Under the pieces are notes generated by a model that worked only from the letters and a program-made list of their open reading frames with translations, was not told where the DNA came from and did not search any database. Positions 9,983-19,490 of a DNA stretch of 32,000 nucleotides are shown in pieces. Location of the stretch: the NCBI GenBank assembly GCA_018985225.1, contig JADGIF010000001.1, forward strand, positions 30,001-62,000, in the 5' to 3' direction. The stretch's first letter is position 1; each line of letters starts with the position of its first letter. The stretch is from Amoeboradix gromovi X-113 (Eukaryota; Fungi; Sanchytriomycota). The position numbers and the translations under genes are program-made.

Positions 9983-10348
9983 TTATTGAGAATTTCTATG
10001 CCAAAAACCCTTGATTCCTTCCAATGGTAAATCGTGAGCACATAGATACCACCCTCCTAGAAGCACAGCGAGTGATAGTCCACGTGTAGCTGTTAGAGCA
10101 GAGCTACCAACAATACCAAACTTGCGAACGTGAAGATAATCAACCAAAACTTGCTCAAGACCCCAATGACAATGTAATACTAAAGCAGATATTGTCAAAT
10201 AATTCATCGGAGCAGGCAGTTCTCCAGTATATAAAGCAAATCCTATTGGTGGTAATAGCGCGACAGATAATACACGTTCGTATGTCCAATGGGTAGATCC
10301 CACAGCCTTAAGAGATTGAGAACGTCTAAAAAAGAACCTTTGCCACAT
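9983..10348 (-). CDS. SDH4: Succinate dehydrogenase cytochrome b small subunit (CybS)
   Basis: GSTHWTYERVLSVALLP, LHCHWGLEQVLVDY. Start uncertain (10348 gives a mitochondrial-presequence-like N-terminus; 10399 is the alternative). Confidence 0.88.
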   Translation of the reverse strand: MWQRFFFRRSQSLKAVGSTHWTYERVLSVALLPPIGFALYTGELPAPMNYLTISALVLHCHWGLEQVLVDYLHVRKFGIVGSSALTATRGLSLAVLLGGWYLCAHDLPLEGIKGFWHRNSQ

Positions 10349-10391
10349 TATTGTGTCACAAAAAATATTAGAGCTAACATTATTTATTGAT

Positions 10392-10931
10392 TCAATCATT
10401 ATACATAGAATTCAAAGATTTCGGACTTTCGTTATCTCGTTCTGTAAGTGCTAGTTCAATCTCATCGTCTAGCTCATTGGAAAAATCTCCAAAATTTTGT
10501 TCTGCTGACTGAACAGTTAATAGTTCTTTAGAAGCAATATTTTCAGTAGTAATGTCCCTGACTGACTCTTTGGTATATGAGGTATCAAAGCTGGACGATT
10601 CTATAACATCATTGACGGACAGTGATGGCGATGAATTTGAAATATGCTGAGATTTGCTCTCAAGGTTATCCGGAAACTTTGGGAAAGAAGAAATAGTTTT
10701 TTTTATGTTTCTATCATATCTCATTGTTCTACTCACTTCTATTTTCTTTAATTTGTATATACCAGTCTTCTTGGAGCGCAAAAGCACATACTCATTTTTG
10801 GGATGAATTTCCTTATCTATAGTGAATGTATAATCGTCATGCTCGTCCGTCCATATCAGCTTTTTAGCCTTCAGCTCGCCTCTAACTCTGTTTAAAGAAT
10901 TAGGTACGAAATTATATTTGAAAAACTGCAT
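10392..10931 (-). CDS. ELL-associated factor (EAF)-like protein
   Basis: FKYNFVPNSLN and KNEYVLL...TGIYKLKKI resemble the EAF domain; Ser/acidic tail. Confidence 0.6.
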   Translation of the reverse strand: MQFFKYNFVPNSLNRVRGELKAKKLIWTDEHDDYTFTIDKEIHPKNEYVLLRSKKTGIYKLKKIEVSRTMRYDRNIKKTISSFPKFPDNLESKSQHISNSSPSLSVNDVIESSSFDTSYTKESVRDITTENIASKELLTVQSAEQNFGDFSNELDDEIELALTERDNESPKSLNSMYND

Positions 10932-11108
10932 TGTTTGAAAATCCCTTGAATGTGACAAGAAATGATTACAACTTTAAATTCGCATTTCTATCTCAGCTTA
11001 TATTAATTGATTAAAAATTAAAATTGCTCACGCGATTGGCTCATGGGTCCGCAGACTAATTTGATTGGGTTGAGTTTTTAATAAAGCGTATCCCAAAGAC
11101 TAGCTGGT

Positions 11109-12350
11109 ATGGGATTATTTGAAGCGAAATGGAAAAAAGAGGTTATAGTGGAGCACAAGTTTTCTGATATCCGCATATCAGATTTCAAATCTAATTCCAC
11201 CATTTTAAGAATAAAGTACATGTTTCTGTACTTGTTGGTTTTGAAAAGTATCGCTGTATTAATTGCCGATTTTTTCATTACCTACACTTATTTTATGGCA
11301 TTACTGAGTAACGACCCGACCTCAAACGGAGACGAAAGTGTGCAATGGGCAAAGTCATTACAAATATATCGGTATAGGCCCTATTTGTACATAATTTCAG
11401 TGTTATTCTCATCGCTGTTGAGTTTGTATGAATGGAGAATTGCAAGGAAAATCATTAAGTCAGGAGACATAGCAAGTGCCTTTACTAGTGAAATGGCCAG
11501 TACTTATTACTCCCTTGGTTCTTTTGCGCACTTTTGCTTCTTTCAAGTTGTTTCGAACAGTACAAAACTGAGGGATAATCTGGCCTTTTTTGTTTTCTTT
11601 AGCTTTAAAAATTGGAAGTTTACCGCCGCGGAAACTCCTCGCCGTGTTCTGAATATTCTCGCAATTATTGCGCTTTACCAAAGCAACGGAACGCAAAGCC
11701 AGGTCAAGGATATTGAAACCGGAAACGTAAAATTTGAAGTTCTGTCTGTTTACGGTTCCCTTTTTACCATAGCTTTTTGGTTTTTAGGGATTATTAGATT
11801 TTTAGCAGCTGTTGCAATATATGTCCCACTAATTACAACCTACATCCAAGGATCAGTTAGAGGATACGCAACTCACAAGATTGATAAAAGGATTACTCAG
11901 ATATTAAACAGAAAAAAGAAGAAGGTCTTGGCGATGGAACAAAAGAAACTATTGTTGGGCAAAGGCTCACATACATTTAGGAACAATGGAAATGAAATTC
12001 ATGCTACTCTGCCTAACGTAGGACCTGTTAGGGAGCACATAGTTGGTTATGATCCATCAATTAGTCCAATATCAAGTACAGCATCTAACTATCCTCGATT
12101 GTTATATCAAGATTATCCTTCCTCTTCCAGCATCCCTTATAATAATACTTCAACTATCGTTTCTTCTTATGTATCTGACTTTAGCAATTCGCAAACAGCA
12201 CAAGGGTCAAGGAGACCTGGGAACTCCAATAGCCCTTCAAAGATGAGTGGGCCGCGGAGTCGGGCAAGCGATAAAACATTGAATTCTAGTAATGAGTCGA
12301 ACAGTACATTAGAAAATGATTTTAGACCTTACAGGGCCAGAAGGAAATAA
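11109..12350 (+). CDS. KCH1: Kch1-family fungal low-affinity K+ transporter-like membrane protein
   Basis: WKKEVIVEHKFSDIRISDF, EWRIARKIIKSGDIA, AETPRRVLN, HKIDKRI. Confidence 0.8.
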   Translation: MGLFEAKWKKEVIVEHKFSDIRISDFKSNSTILRIKYMFLYLLVLKSIAVLIADFFITYTYFMALLSNDPTSNGDESVQWAKSLQIYRYRPYLYIISVLFSSLLSLYEWRIARKIIKSGDIASAFTSEMASTYYSLGSFAHFCFFQVVSNSTKLRDNLAFFVFFSFKNWKFTAAETPRRVLNILAIIALYQSNGTQSQVKDIETGNVKFEVLSVYGSLFTIAFWFLGIIRFLAAVAIYVPLITTYIQGSVRGYATHKIDKRITQILNRKKKKVLAMEQKKLLLGKGSHTFRNNGNEIHATLPNVGPVREHIVGYDPSISPISSTASNYPRLLYQDYPSSSSIPYNNTSTIVSSYVSDFSNSQTAQGSRRPGNSNSPSKMSGPRSRASDKTLNSSNESNSTLENDFRPYRARRK

Positions 12351-12841
12351 TTAATATTCGAAATTTACATAAAAGTAAATATACTTTCTCATATGTGAGT
12401 CTCCTAGATTCTAGGCACACTCTTTAAATCAACGATGTCAGTCTATACTTGACGGACAAGTCGCAGTTATGAATTTCTATTTCAGCATTACTAAGTATGA
12501 AATAAGCAAAACTAATGTCTTTGTAACGAGTGCATACACTACCTCGTAGTTTAGGATAGTACAATCGCTCTTCCGTTGTGCTTATAATGTCTATGGCCTA
12601 ATACAATCGATTTTACATGTTTCCAGTTTTTATGTTTTACTTCTATTATTTATTAAATTTGGGAAGAGTACATTGGAATCACTGCAGCTAAATTGCACTT
12701 GTGCAGTACTAGATTTGTGAGTGAGCTGGGAATAATTGATTATTGTAAAACCCATCTTGAGTTGCGCAGAAAAAAGAAAGAGATTCAAAACCTGGATAGG
12801 TTTGGAGACTTCACTTGGAGATTGCTAATTAAAATAAGCAT

Positions 12842-13867
12842 TTATTCAATAGTTTTCAAGCGTATAACTGACTCTTTTGTATTTCCTGGTCTAACTACCA
12901 TGACCTTAGGTAGCATGTTTTCCACTTTGAGAGCTTGTTTCTTTCTTACCGTAGTTCTTTCATTGTTTAGCCGCCGTGTGCCGCTTATTATAGAAACAGG
13001 ATTACTGGTATCAGCATGAAAATTGGAAGGAACAGGATCAATAGTCTCAGTATGTAGCGTAAAAGGCAAATCAGGAGCATTAGACACGCAAAGCTTTACT
13101 TTGGCTAAAATAGTCAAGTACAAATCCAAGTCATGCTCCGAAATGATTTTCTTACTGTACAAATCAACAAGCAACATTTTGAAATGTTTGGATAGGTTTA
13201 GTTCAGTAACAATTGAGCCAACATGGCAGGTTAACAAAGCAAATATAAAAGAATTCATGGGTTTTAAGCTGGGAATAAGCAGTTGACGAAAAATGGTGTC
13301 CATGGATACACTGTAGATATGAAGAATTAAGGCATTAGGATCACAAGTAAAGTTTGGGGAATTTGAATTGCTTCTGTAATTCTCGAATACGTGAGCCCAA
13401 GATTTCTGGATATGAACATTGGGACTGTACTGATAAACAGGATTTACCATTGTAGCAAATGGTATGTCGTGGATATGTAACTCTTTATTTGTTCTGCCTG
13501 AAATTTGATTCTTGCCGCATTTGAAATTGCTCAATTCTTGTACATAATCAAGAATCACGAGAACCGCGTCTACTCCCAAATTTATAAGCATGCCGTTGCC
13601 CAAATAGCTCTCTTGCAAATGATTTTTAGCATTAGAAAAACTTTTCAATGGTAGTTGGCAGCCTGGGCATTTCATTCTGCCATTTACCGTCAAGGTATTC
13701 AGGTGGTTGTTTTCAAATGCTAGTTCATATAATAACGGCAAATCCAAACTGCAATCAACTTTTGTGATTCTTAAATGTTCCATCGAAGCGTTTCTGATCA
13801 AATATCCATGAGATTTGCATGGATTGTATCTTGTGCGTAGACCAGTTGCAAAATGATTAGAATTCAT
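12842..13867 (-). CDS. Hypothetical protein with a degenerate C2H2-like zinc finger
   Basis: ORF of more than 1 kb; CPGCQLPLKSFSNAKNHL. Start at 13867 or 13783; the annotated ATG at 13969 lies inside element copy B. Confidence 0.6.
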   Translation of the reverse strand: MNSNHFATGLRTRYNPCKSHGYLIRNASMEHLRITKVDCSLDLPLLYELAFENNHLNTLTVNGRMKCPGCQLPLKSFSNAKNHLQESYLGNGMLINLGVDAVLVILDYVQELSNFKCGKNQISGRTNKELHIHDIPFATMVNPVYQYSPNVHIQKSWAHVFENYRSNSNSPNFTCDPNALILHIYSVSMDTIFRQLLIPSLKPMNSFIFALLTCHVGSIVTELNLSKHFKMLLVDLYSKKIISEHDLDLYLTILAKVKLCVSNAPDLPFTLHTETIDPVPSNFHADTSNPVSIISGTRRLNNERTTVRKKQALKVENMLPKVMVVRPGNTKESVIRLKTIE

Positions 13868-13898
13868 ACACCTCGTAAAAAGGAGTAAAGCGAAATGT

Positions 13899-14348
13899 GG
13901 GACACCAAATATAAAAACCAGAATAACTCGTTTTAAAGGAGGTGTACCATACCCAGGAAATGCTATCATTGATAAAAGATCTTCTATTATACCAGTTTTC
14001 TTTCATTACTCTCAATCCCCTCTTCAAAATAATAGTAGTAGACCCTGCATCTCGTTCAAATATATGAGGTCTTTGAGCATCTAAGCAAAAGGTGCATTTT
14101 CTTAGACGGTACTCTGTTCTAGAGTCATTTTGTAATTTTACAGAGTAATAGTGATATTTTATTTGAAATAAAGATTAGATGAAAGAGTAAGAGAATAGCT
14201 GTACAGAATATTTATTTTCCTTTTATACTCGTCAACTCCGCAACTAGCTGAATGTCCACTCGCCTCGTAAATCCATAAAATTAATAAAGCTGAAATAATG
14301 TTCCCAGTTGTTACAGAAAGTTAGTCCAGTTTTTATATTTGATGTCTC
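13899..14348 (-). mobile_element. Non-autonomous TIR element (copy B, 450 bp), Fanzor-like remnant, 6-bp flanking direct repeat
   Basis: TIRs at 13899-13926 and 14321-14348; the latter is the exact reverse complement of the copy A left TIR. AAATGT at 13893-13898 and 14349-14354. Minus frame encodes RLRKCTFC...FERDAGSTTIILKRG. Confidence 0.88.
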
Positions 14349-14354
14349 AAATGT

Positions 14355-16136
14355 TTATTCCTCTTTCTTGAAGTACAGCTGTTTTACCCAGTTTATAATC
14401 CCGGTTAACAGTGAATTATGCTTTGAAGATTTTATCAAAATCTGCTCAGTTTCGTTGTTTTCACTTATCTTATCAGCTAGTATTTGTACGGTTTCTTGGA
14501 CTTTTGAAAGTTGTGATTCAAACTGCTGTATTCCGAGTCTAGTTTGTTTTAGTTTCTTTGAATTATCCTCGTTATTTATCATTATTTTACTTTGAACCCC
14601 TAATAATCCATTTACAATCTTCTCATAGTATTCTATATTTGACTTTTTTAGCGCACACTTCTTAGTCAGCTCTTCCTTCTCTAACGCCAGGTCCTTCTCG
14701 AGGTGGTTTAAAACTTCAATATTACTCTCTAGTAAACTTTGCTGGTGGTTCAATGTTGAAAACAGATCATTCAATTCCTCAATTAAAAGGCCCTCGGAAA
14801 GTTGCATTCGTTCCTTACCTGAGTTCAAGAGCACGCCAATGTCCGTTGTTGAAAAAGTTCTTCTTAATGCTTTAGAATGTTTAATCAGGTTGTCTGTCGA
14901 TTTTGCCTTTCTGTGTACTAGATTTGTATGATTTATAGTGCCGTTATTAATACTAGATGTAATCACCAACGGCTTGGGTACTGATTCAGGGCTTACTAAA
15001 TTTGGCTGATCGCTTGCACTCTTTCCGCTGCTTTTTCTTTTCTTAACGAGTGGATTTAAAGGATAAGATAGCGATAGCACTCTATCTGTATCCGGGATTA
15101 AAGTTTTGGCATGCACATTCTTGATTAGGGTCTTTCCAAATTCCTTTCCACCTCTCAATAAACCCTCTTGCTGCTTTTCATCTTTTCCCCACAAGAGACC
15201 CAATTTCTCTCCTAACTGATACTCTAATAGTTCATCTATACTCTCCAATTTGTTATAAAGAACTCTGTGTTGTATTCCGCTGAGGTCTTCCAGTTTAGAT
15301 TTTATTTTATTTGGTATGTGCCTGTTTCTATGTTTTTGATAGGATATATCAACAAGAGACATGGTTTTTGAGTCCAAGAAACCAGTTCTCTTTAGGTCTT
15401 TACCTTTTTGATAAATAGAAATTGATTTAAAGAAAGATTGGGGATCTGAAAAAGGATCTTTGATAGAACCCTTCAAGATGAAATTGAGTTTATTCTTATA
15501 GCTCAATACCTGAGAAACAAGTAGAACAAACCATTTTGGAGTGCAGTGCATCACCGATTCATCGCTAAACAGTAAAATACAAGATTGAAAGGAATTAAAG
15601 AGCGAGTTACTGAAAAAAGAACAACTAGGTATACTAATACCAAATATACGAATACTGGTTGATAGTATTAAAAGGATAAGGTCAAAGTACATTCTATAGT
15701 TGCTCACAGATAGTTGCAGTTTGTATAAATGATTCATCTTAAAAAGGGTTGCCTCATTTAACGGTTTTATTGAAAAAGGAATCTTCTCTATAACTGATAG
15801 TTTCTGGAGGGTTACATAGTCTTGCATTAACTCTAAGTTACAGGCGGCAGATTGAACAATTTTAAAGCTAACGTCACTGAACTCAAAATAGTACAAATTA
15901 CCATAATCAGTCTTGTCTATTTTGACATTTGGCAGGGAAGAGATGTAAGGCACATTATTTGTTGGATACTGATACAGTATAACTTCATCTTGTTGATTAC
16001 CAGTAACAATTAGCACCGTTTTAATTTGCAACTGTTGAGACACAAAATCTTCAACGAAATATGCCTGATAGCCATACATTTTAACGGACGGCACGCTGTT
16101 GTCTTGATCAGCGAACAAAGAAAACATAACGGACAT
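14355..16136 (-). CDS. STB6: STB6-like (Sin3-binding) protein with C-terminal coiled coil
   Basis: GYQAYFVEDF...IVTGN, FQKxxxLKRTGFLD-like segment, KIKSKLEDL. Confidence 0.7.
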   Translation of the reverse strand: MSVMFSLFADQDNSVPSVKMYGYQAYFVEDFVSQQLQIKTVLIVTGNQQDEVILYQYPTNNVPYISSLPNVKIDKTDYGNLYYFEFSDVSFKIVQSAACNLELMQDYVTLQKLSVIEKIPFSIKPLNEATLFKMNHLYKLQLSVSNYRMYFDLILLILSTSIRIFGISIPSCSFFSNSLFNSFQSCILLFSDESVMHCTPKWFVLLVSQVLSYKNKLNFILKGSIKDPFSDPQSFFKSISIYQKGKDLKRTGFLDSKTMSLVDISYQKHRNRHIPNKIKSKLEDLSGIQHRVLYNKLESIDELLEYQLGEKLGLLWGKDEKQQEGLLRGGKEFGKTLIKNVHAKTLIPDTDRVLSLSYPLNPLVKKRKSSGKSASDQPNLVSPESVPKPLVITSSINNGTINHTNLVHRKAKSTDNLIKHSKALRRTFSTTDIGVLLNSGKERMQLSEGLLIEELNDLFSTLNHQQSLLESNIEVLNHLEKDLALEKEELTKKCALKKSNIEYYEKIVNGLLGVQSKIMINNEDNSKKLKQTRLGIQQFESQLSKVQETVQILADKISENNETEQILIKSSKHNSLLTGIINWVKQLYFKKEE

Positions 16137-16446
16137 GCTCTGTGAAAAGTAGCCTGGGAGTAAAAGGGGACGAAAAAAGAAAAAGAGATGTTGAATTTTT
16201 GATGTCTACATTTCTGCTAAAAAGGTGCTCAAATTATCATGCGCAAATCTTGTCACAGTATTACACAAACATCGAAGCCATCATTAGCGTCAGTATACTC
16301 AGTAAAAGTGTTTATGATAACGCGAAGCTTGTGCTTATCAAGATGGGTGTATGAAAATAACCGCAACTTAATTTATTGACAAATTTAATAATTTCCGATT
16401 GTTTCATTCAGCCAACTTTGGCGTTTGTAAAATCTCCAGCACGAAT

Positions 16447-17043
16447 ATGTTACTTCTAAATGCGATATTCGAGTATTTTAACTGGCCAATTTATATCAAT
16501 CATCTAAGAGATGTTCCTTCAAGTCTATGGCAGCTTTTGATTGAAGATGTTTTACAGATAAAATTTAAAGGTAACCTGGATCAGACACAGTCTATTCAAA
16601 TGATGCTGGATTTTCTAGAGGCACTAACCCAATTGAGTCTATCTCATATAGATGCAAAGATGATAGTTAAAAAAGATGTGGACCAAATTAAGTATTTAAA
16701 TGATGTCATTTGTGCAGTAATTATGGATATATATCCACAGCTTAGGCAGTATGAATCCAAATCCGAATCCTCTGTATCCATTTCCTCCTCCATTCCTTCA
16801 ACTGGTAGAAAAAGAGTTGAAAAGACTTTGAGTGAAACTAGCGACATTCCTACTTTTCAAGAGTACCGCGATGGTCCAGTTGCTTCAGCCCTGAAAGCCA
16901 GGAATGCAATCCGTCAATTAAGAAATGCTGCGAGGGATGAGAAGTTAGCCCAATTCCACGTCACTCCAAAAATCAAACTCCTAAGGGATCAGTGGAGATC
17001 TGAATCAGTTAGGATAAGAAATGAGAAACATAACTTACAATAA
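16447..17043 (+). CDS. CEP95-like (DUF5745) centrosomal protein
   Basis: LSLSHIDAKMIVKKDVDQIKYL resembles the CEP95 LSHIxGxxIVxGD motif. Confidence 0.6.
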   Translation: MLLLNAIFEYFNWPIYINHLRDVPSSLWQLLIEDVLQIKFKGNLDQTQSIQMMLDFLEALTQLSLSHIDAKMIVKKDVDQIKYLNDVICAVIMDIYPQLRQYESKSESSVSISSSIPSTGRKRVEKTLSETSDIPTFQEYRDGPVASALKARNAIRQLRNAARDEKLAQFHVTPKIKLLRDQWRSESVRIRNEKHNLQ

Positions 17044-17056
17044 TAAATAGGTCATA

Positions 17057-17566
17057 ATGTCTCATTCTCACTTTTCTAGTATTGATTTTTATTTATCGAC
17101 TTCTAAGTACGACGATAGAAAAATCCGCTTCAACTGCTATGTAGACGAATTGGAAGTGTTAGAAGAGAAAATGACAAAGTTTAATTCATCCACTGAGAAA
17201 TTCGGAATATATACAAGCGCCTTTCAGTCCAATATAGAAAGGGTCAAAAAATATATGAGCTTGAATAGCTTAAAGAAAATTGATTCCAAAATTACAAGTC
17301 CAACAGAGGATGAACCGTCTGTAGCATTGAGGGATGAAAAGCACTATTTAGAAGAAGGCTATTCTTGTAGCTTTTGCAGTTCTACACCAACTGAATTAAG
17401 TGAAGAATATGAACTTGATGAGCTTCAAGATTTTTTTGAAAAATGTATACTGCAAAGAAAGGAACAAGAACAGGAAAAAATGAGGACCCTGCTTAGAAAA
17501 TTTACCCTGGGAATATACTCCGCAAACATGCTTGCTTTGTGCATTTCTCTTTACTTAGTTTTATAA
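17057..17566 (+). CDS. Hypothetical tail-anchored membrane protein, 169 aa
   Basis: ATG-initiated ORF with a hydrophobic C-terminus; no family recognised. Confidence 0.6.
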   Translation: MSHSHFSSIDFYLSTSKYDDRKIRFNCYVDELEVLEEKMTKFNSSTEKFGIYTSAFQSNIERVKKYMSLNSLKKIDSKITSPTEDEPSVALRDEKHYLEEGYSCSFCSSTPTELSEEYELDELQDFFEKCILQRKEQEQEKMRTLLRKFTLGIYSANMLALCISLYLVL

Positions 17567-17589
17567 GAATAAATATTTTAAAGTATATT

Positions 17590-17976
17590 AGACCCATTCT
17601 GACAAAATGTCCTCATTTCTAAATAGAAGGAACAACTAAAAACCACACTATGAATCCAACAACTTCTTGTCATCAGATACGAAAGTTTATCAGGAAAAAG
17701 AAGGGGTTTATTGTGAAGATGACAGATGAAAGGAAGACATCCAAATGCTGCCTTGTTTGTGAACAAGACGACTATAAATATCAAGGCGGTATATGAAAAT
17801 GGTTATTGGCTGAGACATTGCAACATATGCTCAAGTGCTAATCAACCAAGCTATTTTGAAAGAGATATTACCGGTGCATTTTTCATATTGAAAAAGGCTG
17901 AAAGGCATACTATGAGACTGACACATGTTTGGAGGAGCTCTCCGACTTAAAGTTGGGGCTTTTTTAAATTGGGTCC
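17590..17976 (+). pseudogene. Internally deleted, frameshifted Fanzor-like nuclease remnant with degenerate TIRs (element D, second family)
   Basis: Frame 17650-17796: MNPTTSCHQIRKFIRKKKGFIVKMTDERKTSKCCLVC (RuvC-II E + CxxC). The +1 frame to 17950 gives YWLRHCNIC...YFERDITGAFFILKK (CxxC + RuvC-III D). Left end AGACCCATTCTGACAAAA versus right-end reverse complement GGACCCAATTTAAAAAA. Confidence 0.82.
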
Positions 17977-18006
17977 ATTTCTAGAAATTACCTCCTGGTG
18001 TATCGC

Positions 18007-18596
18007 ATGGCTCAAGAACAACCGAGGTATGTAAAGGTAGAGGACTTGCCAAAACCATTTAATCAATGGCAATCCATCCAAACGGTTAAACATGTTGAGC
18101 AACATCTTCTGTCTGAGATACCAGAATCTAGTGTTGCTGTGGTTATTAATCATCTCCAAAATCTGTTAAACATGAGCCAAAAGCAAGAGTCTTATGTGGT
18201 ATCTACCCTTAGCGAATTGATGGAGAAAAAGAGGGAGCTGGAAAAGGACATCGAAGTGATAAATGATCTGAAAATTCAAAAACCTTTGAAAACCAAATTT
18301 CAGCTGGCCGATTCTTTATATGCTGACGCGACAGTGGAACCTATTCAAAATGTTAATATTTGGTTAAGTAATACTCTTTTAGTGGAATATCCATTAGATG
18401 AAGCAATTGAGATGTTGAAACAGAGACAAGACGAAGTCGAGAAAAAGCGTAAAACGGCCCAAGACCAACGAAAACTATTGAAAAAATACATAACAACGAT
18501 TCAAGTCAGTATTTTTTTACTAATTTAGCTGTGTCGCGAGTATATAACTTACATGTTAAGCCAAAAGGCACCGCTTCCGCATCCAAAAACAATTAA
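18007..18596 (+). CDS. PFDN3: Prefoldin subunit 3; exons 18007-18508, 18529-18596
   Basis: FQLADSLYADA, VNIWL...VEYPLDEA; spliced end ITTIQVTVSRVYN. Confidence 0.9.
18509..18528 (+). other. 20-nt spliceosomal intron
   Basis: GTATTTTTTTACTAATTTAG; removal restores the conserved ITTxxVxxxRVYN motif. Confidence 0.9.
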
Positions 18597-19157
18597 CAAT
18601 AAATACGATATTTGTCACCTTTTCTGTCCCTATTTGATTTTGGCCAGATTATGCTCTTATTGCTAGAGTTATATAATTTGAAAAATAGGGTACTCAGCTT
18701 TATGATCTCAGACAAAAAGTTTCAAATCTTAACACAGCACCAAGTGATATTGAATACGCATTTTTAAAGGATCTGTCCGATATTTTGACGCTTGAAAACA
18801 GATGCCTGCACCAATTTTAACACTTTCAAGAATCGTTTCGTATTCCACCTCTTCCTCAAAAGAGATCATCTTATATGCGAAAGTCCTATCCAATAAACAA
18901 AAAGACGATACTAAATGACATTCTAAGGCTTGAATAAGTACTTCAGAGCACCAGCGTTATCAAAGGTGCTGGAGTTGTTCATATACAAGTAGGTAGAATA
19001 TGGTAAGAACGAACACAGGCTTGAAATCTATGGAATTATGTTTATTCCCGTCTTGGGGGTTACAGTCACGTCAGCTACTAGTGTAATGGGTCCAATCCCA
19101 TTTTCAGCTACCCAGTATTGATTTTCTAAGAAATCAAGTAATTTAATGACGACTGTT

Positions 19158-19456
19158 GGGACACCAAATATAAAACTAGACCAAGTCGTCTTTAAAGTAG
19201 GTACTCCATAAGGAGGAAATACTATTATTAATAAGAGTCCTTCTTTCAAACCAATTTTCTTTCATTAATGTCATTCCCCTCTTTAAAATAAAACAAGATG
19301 ACCCACTATCTCTTATATATAAGATCTCTGAGTGTCTAAGAAAAAGGTGCAACCAATCTGATTAATTTAATGTAATTTGCTATCGGTTAACACACACTTG
19401 ATATAATGATTCAAACTGTATCAGAAAGTTAGTCTAGTTTTTATATTTAATGTCCC
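19158..19456 (-). mobile_element. Non-autonomous TIR element (copy C, 299 bp), Fanzor-like remnant
   Basis: Starts GGGACACCAAATATAAAACTAGACCAA; other end reverse complement GGGACATTAAATATAAAAACTAGACTAA. Minus frame RDSGSSCFILKRGMTLMKENW...LV*. Confidence 0.85.
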
Positions 19457-19490
19457 TTTTGTTCTTCAGAGAGCATCTCTCTTACAAGGG

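Noticed and set aside
12540-12600. tRNA-like start (CTCGTAGTTTAGGATAGTACAATCGCTC)
   Set aside because: No T-arm GTTC motif and no acceptor-stem closure visible.
12688-12709. Minus-strand 22-nt GTA...ATTTAG intron candidate
   Set aside because: Branch context GCAAT deviates from the consensus and no recognisable flanking CDS is rescued.
16142-16354. 70-aa ORF between STB6 and the CEP95-like gene
   Set aside because: GTG start, only 50 aa from its first ATG, no motif; more likely a divergent promoter region.
17761-17815. Micro-intron that could repair the frameshift in element D
   Set aside because: GTATATG...CTGAG (26 nt) lacks the YTWATDYAG end and does not restore the frame.
19028-19249. 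73-aa ORF resembling the N-terminus of ORF 12842-13969 (FPxYG...FIFGVP)
   Set aside because: The similarity is only an alternative-frame translation of the shared element right end.
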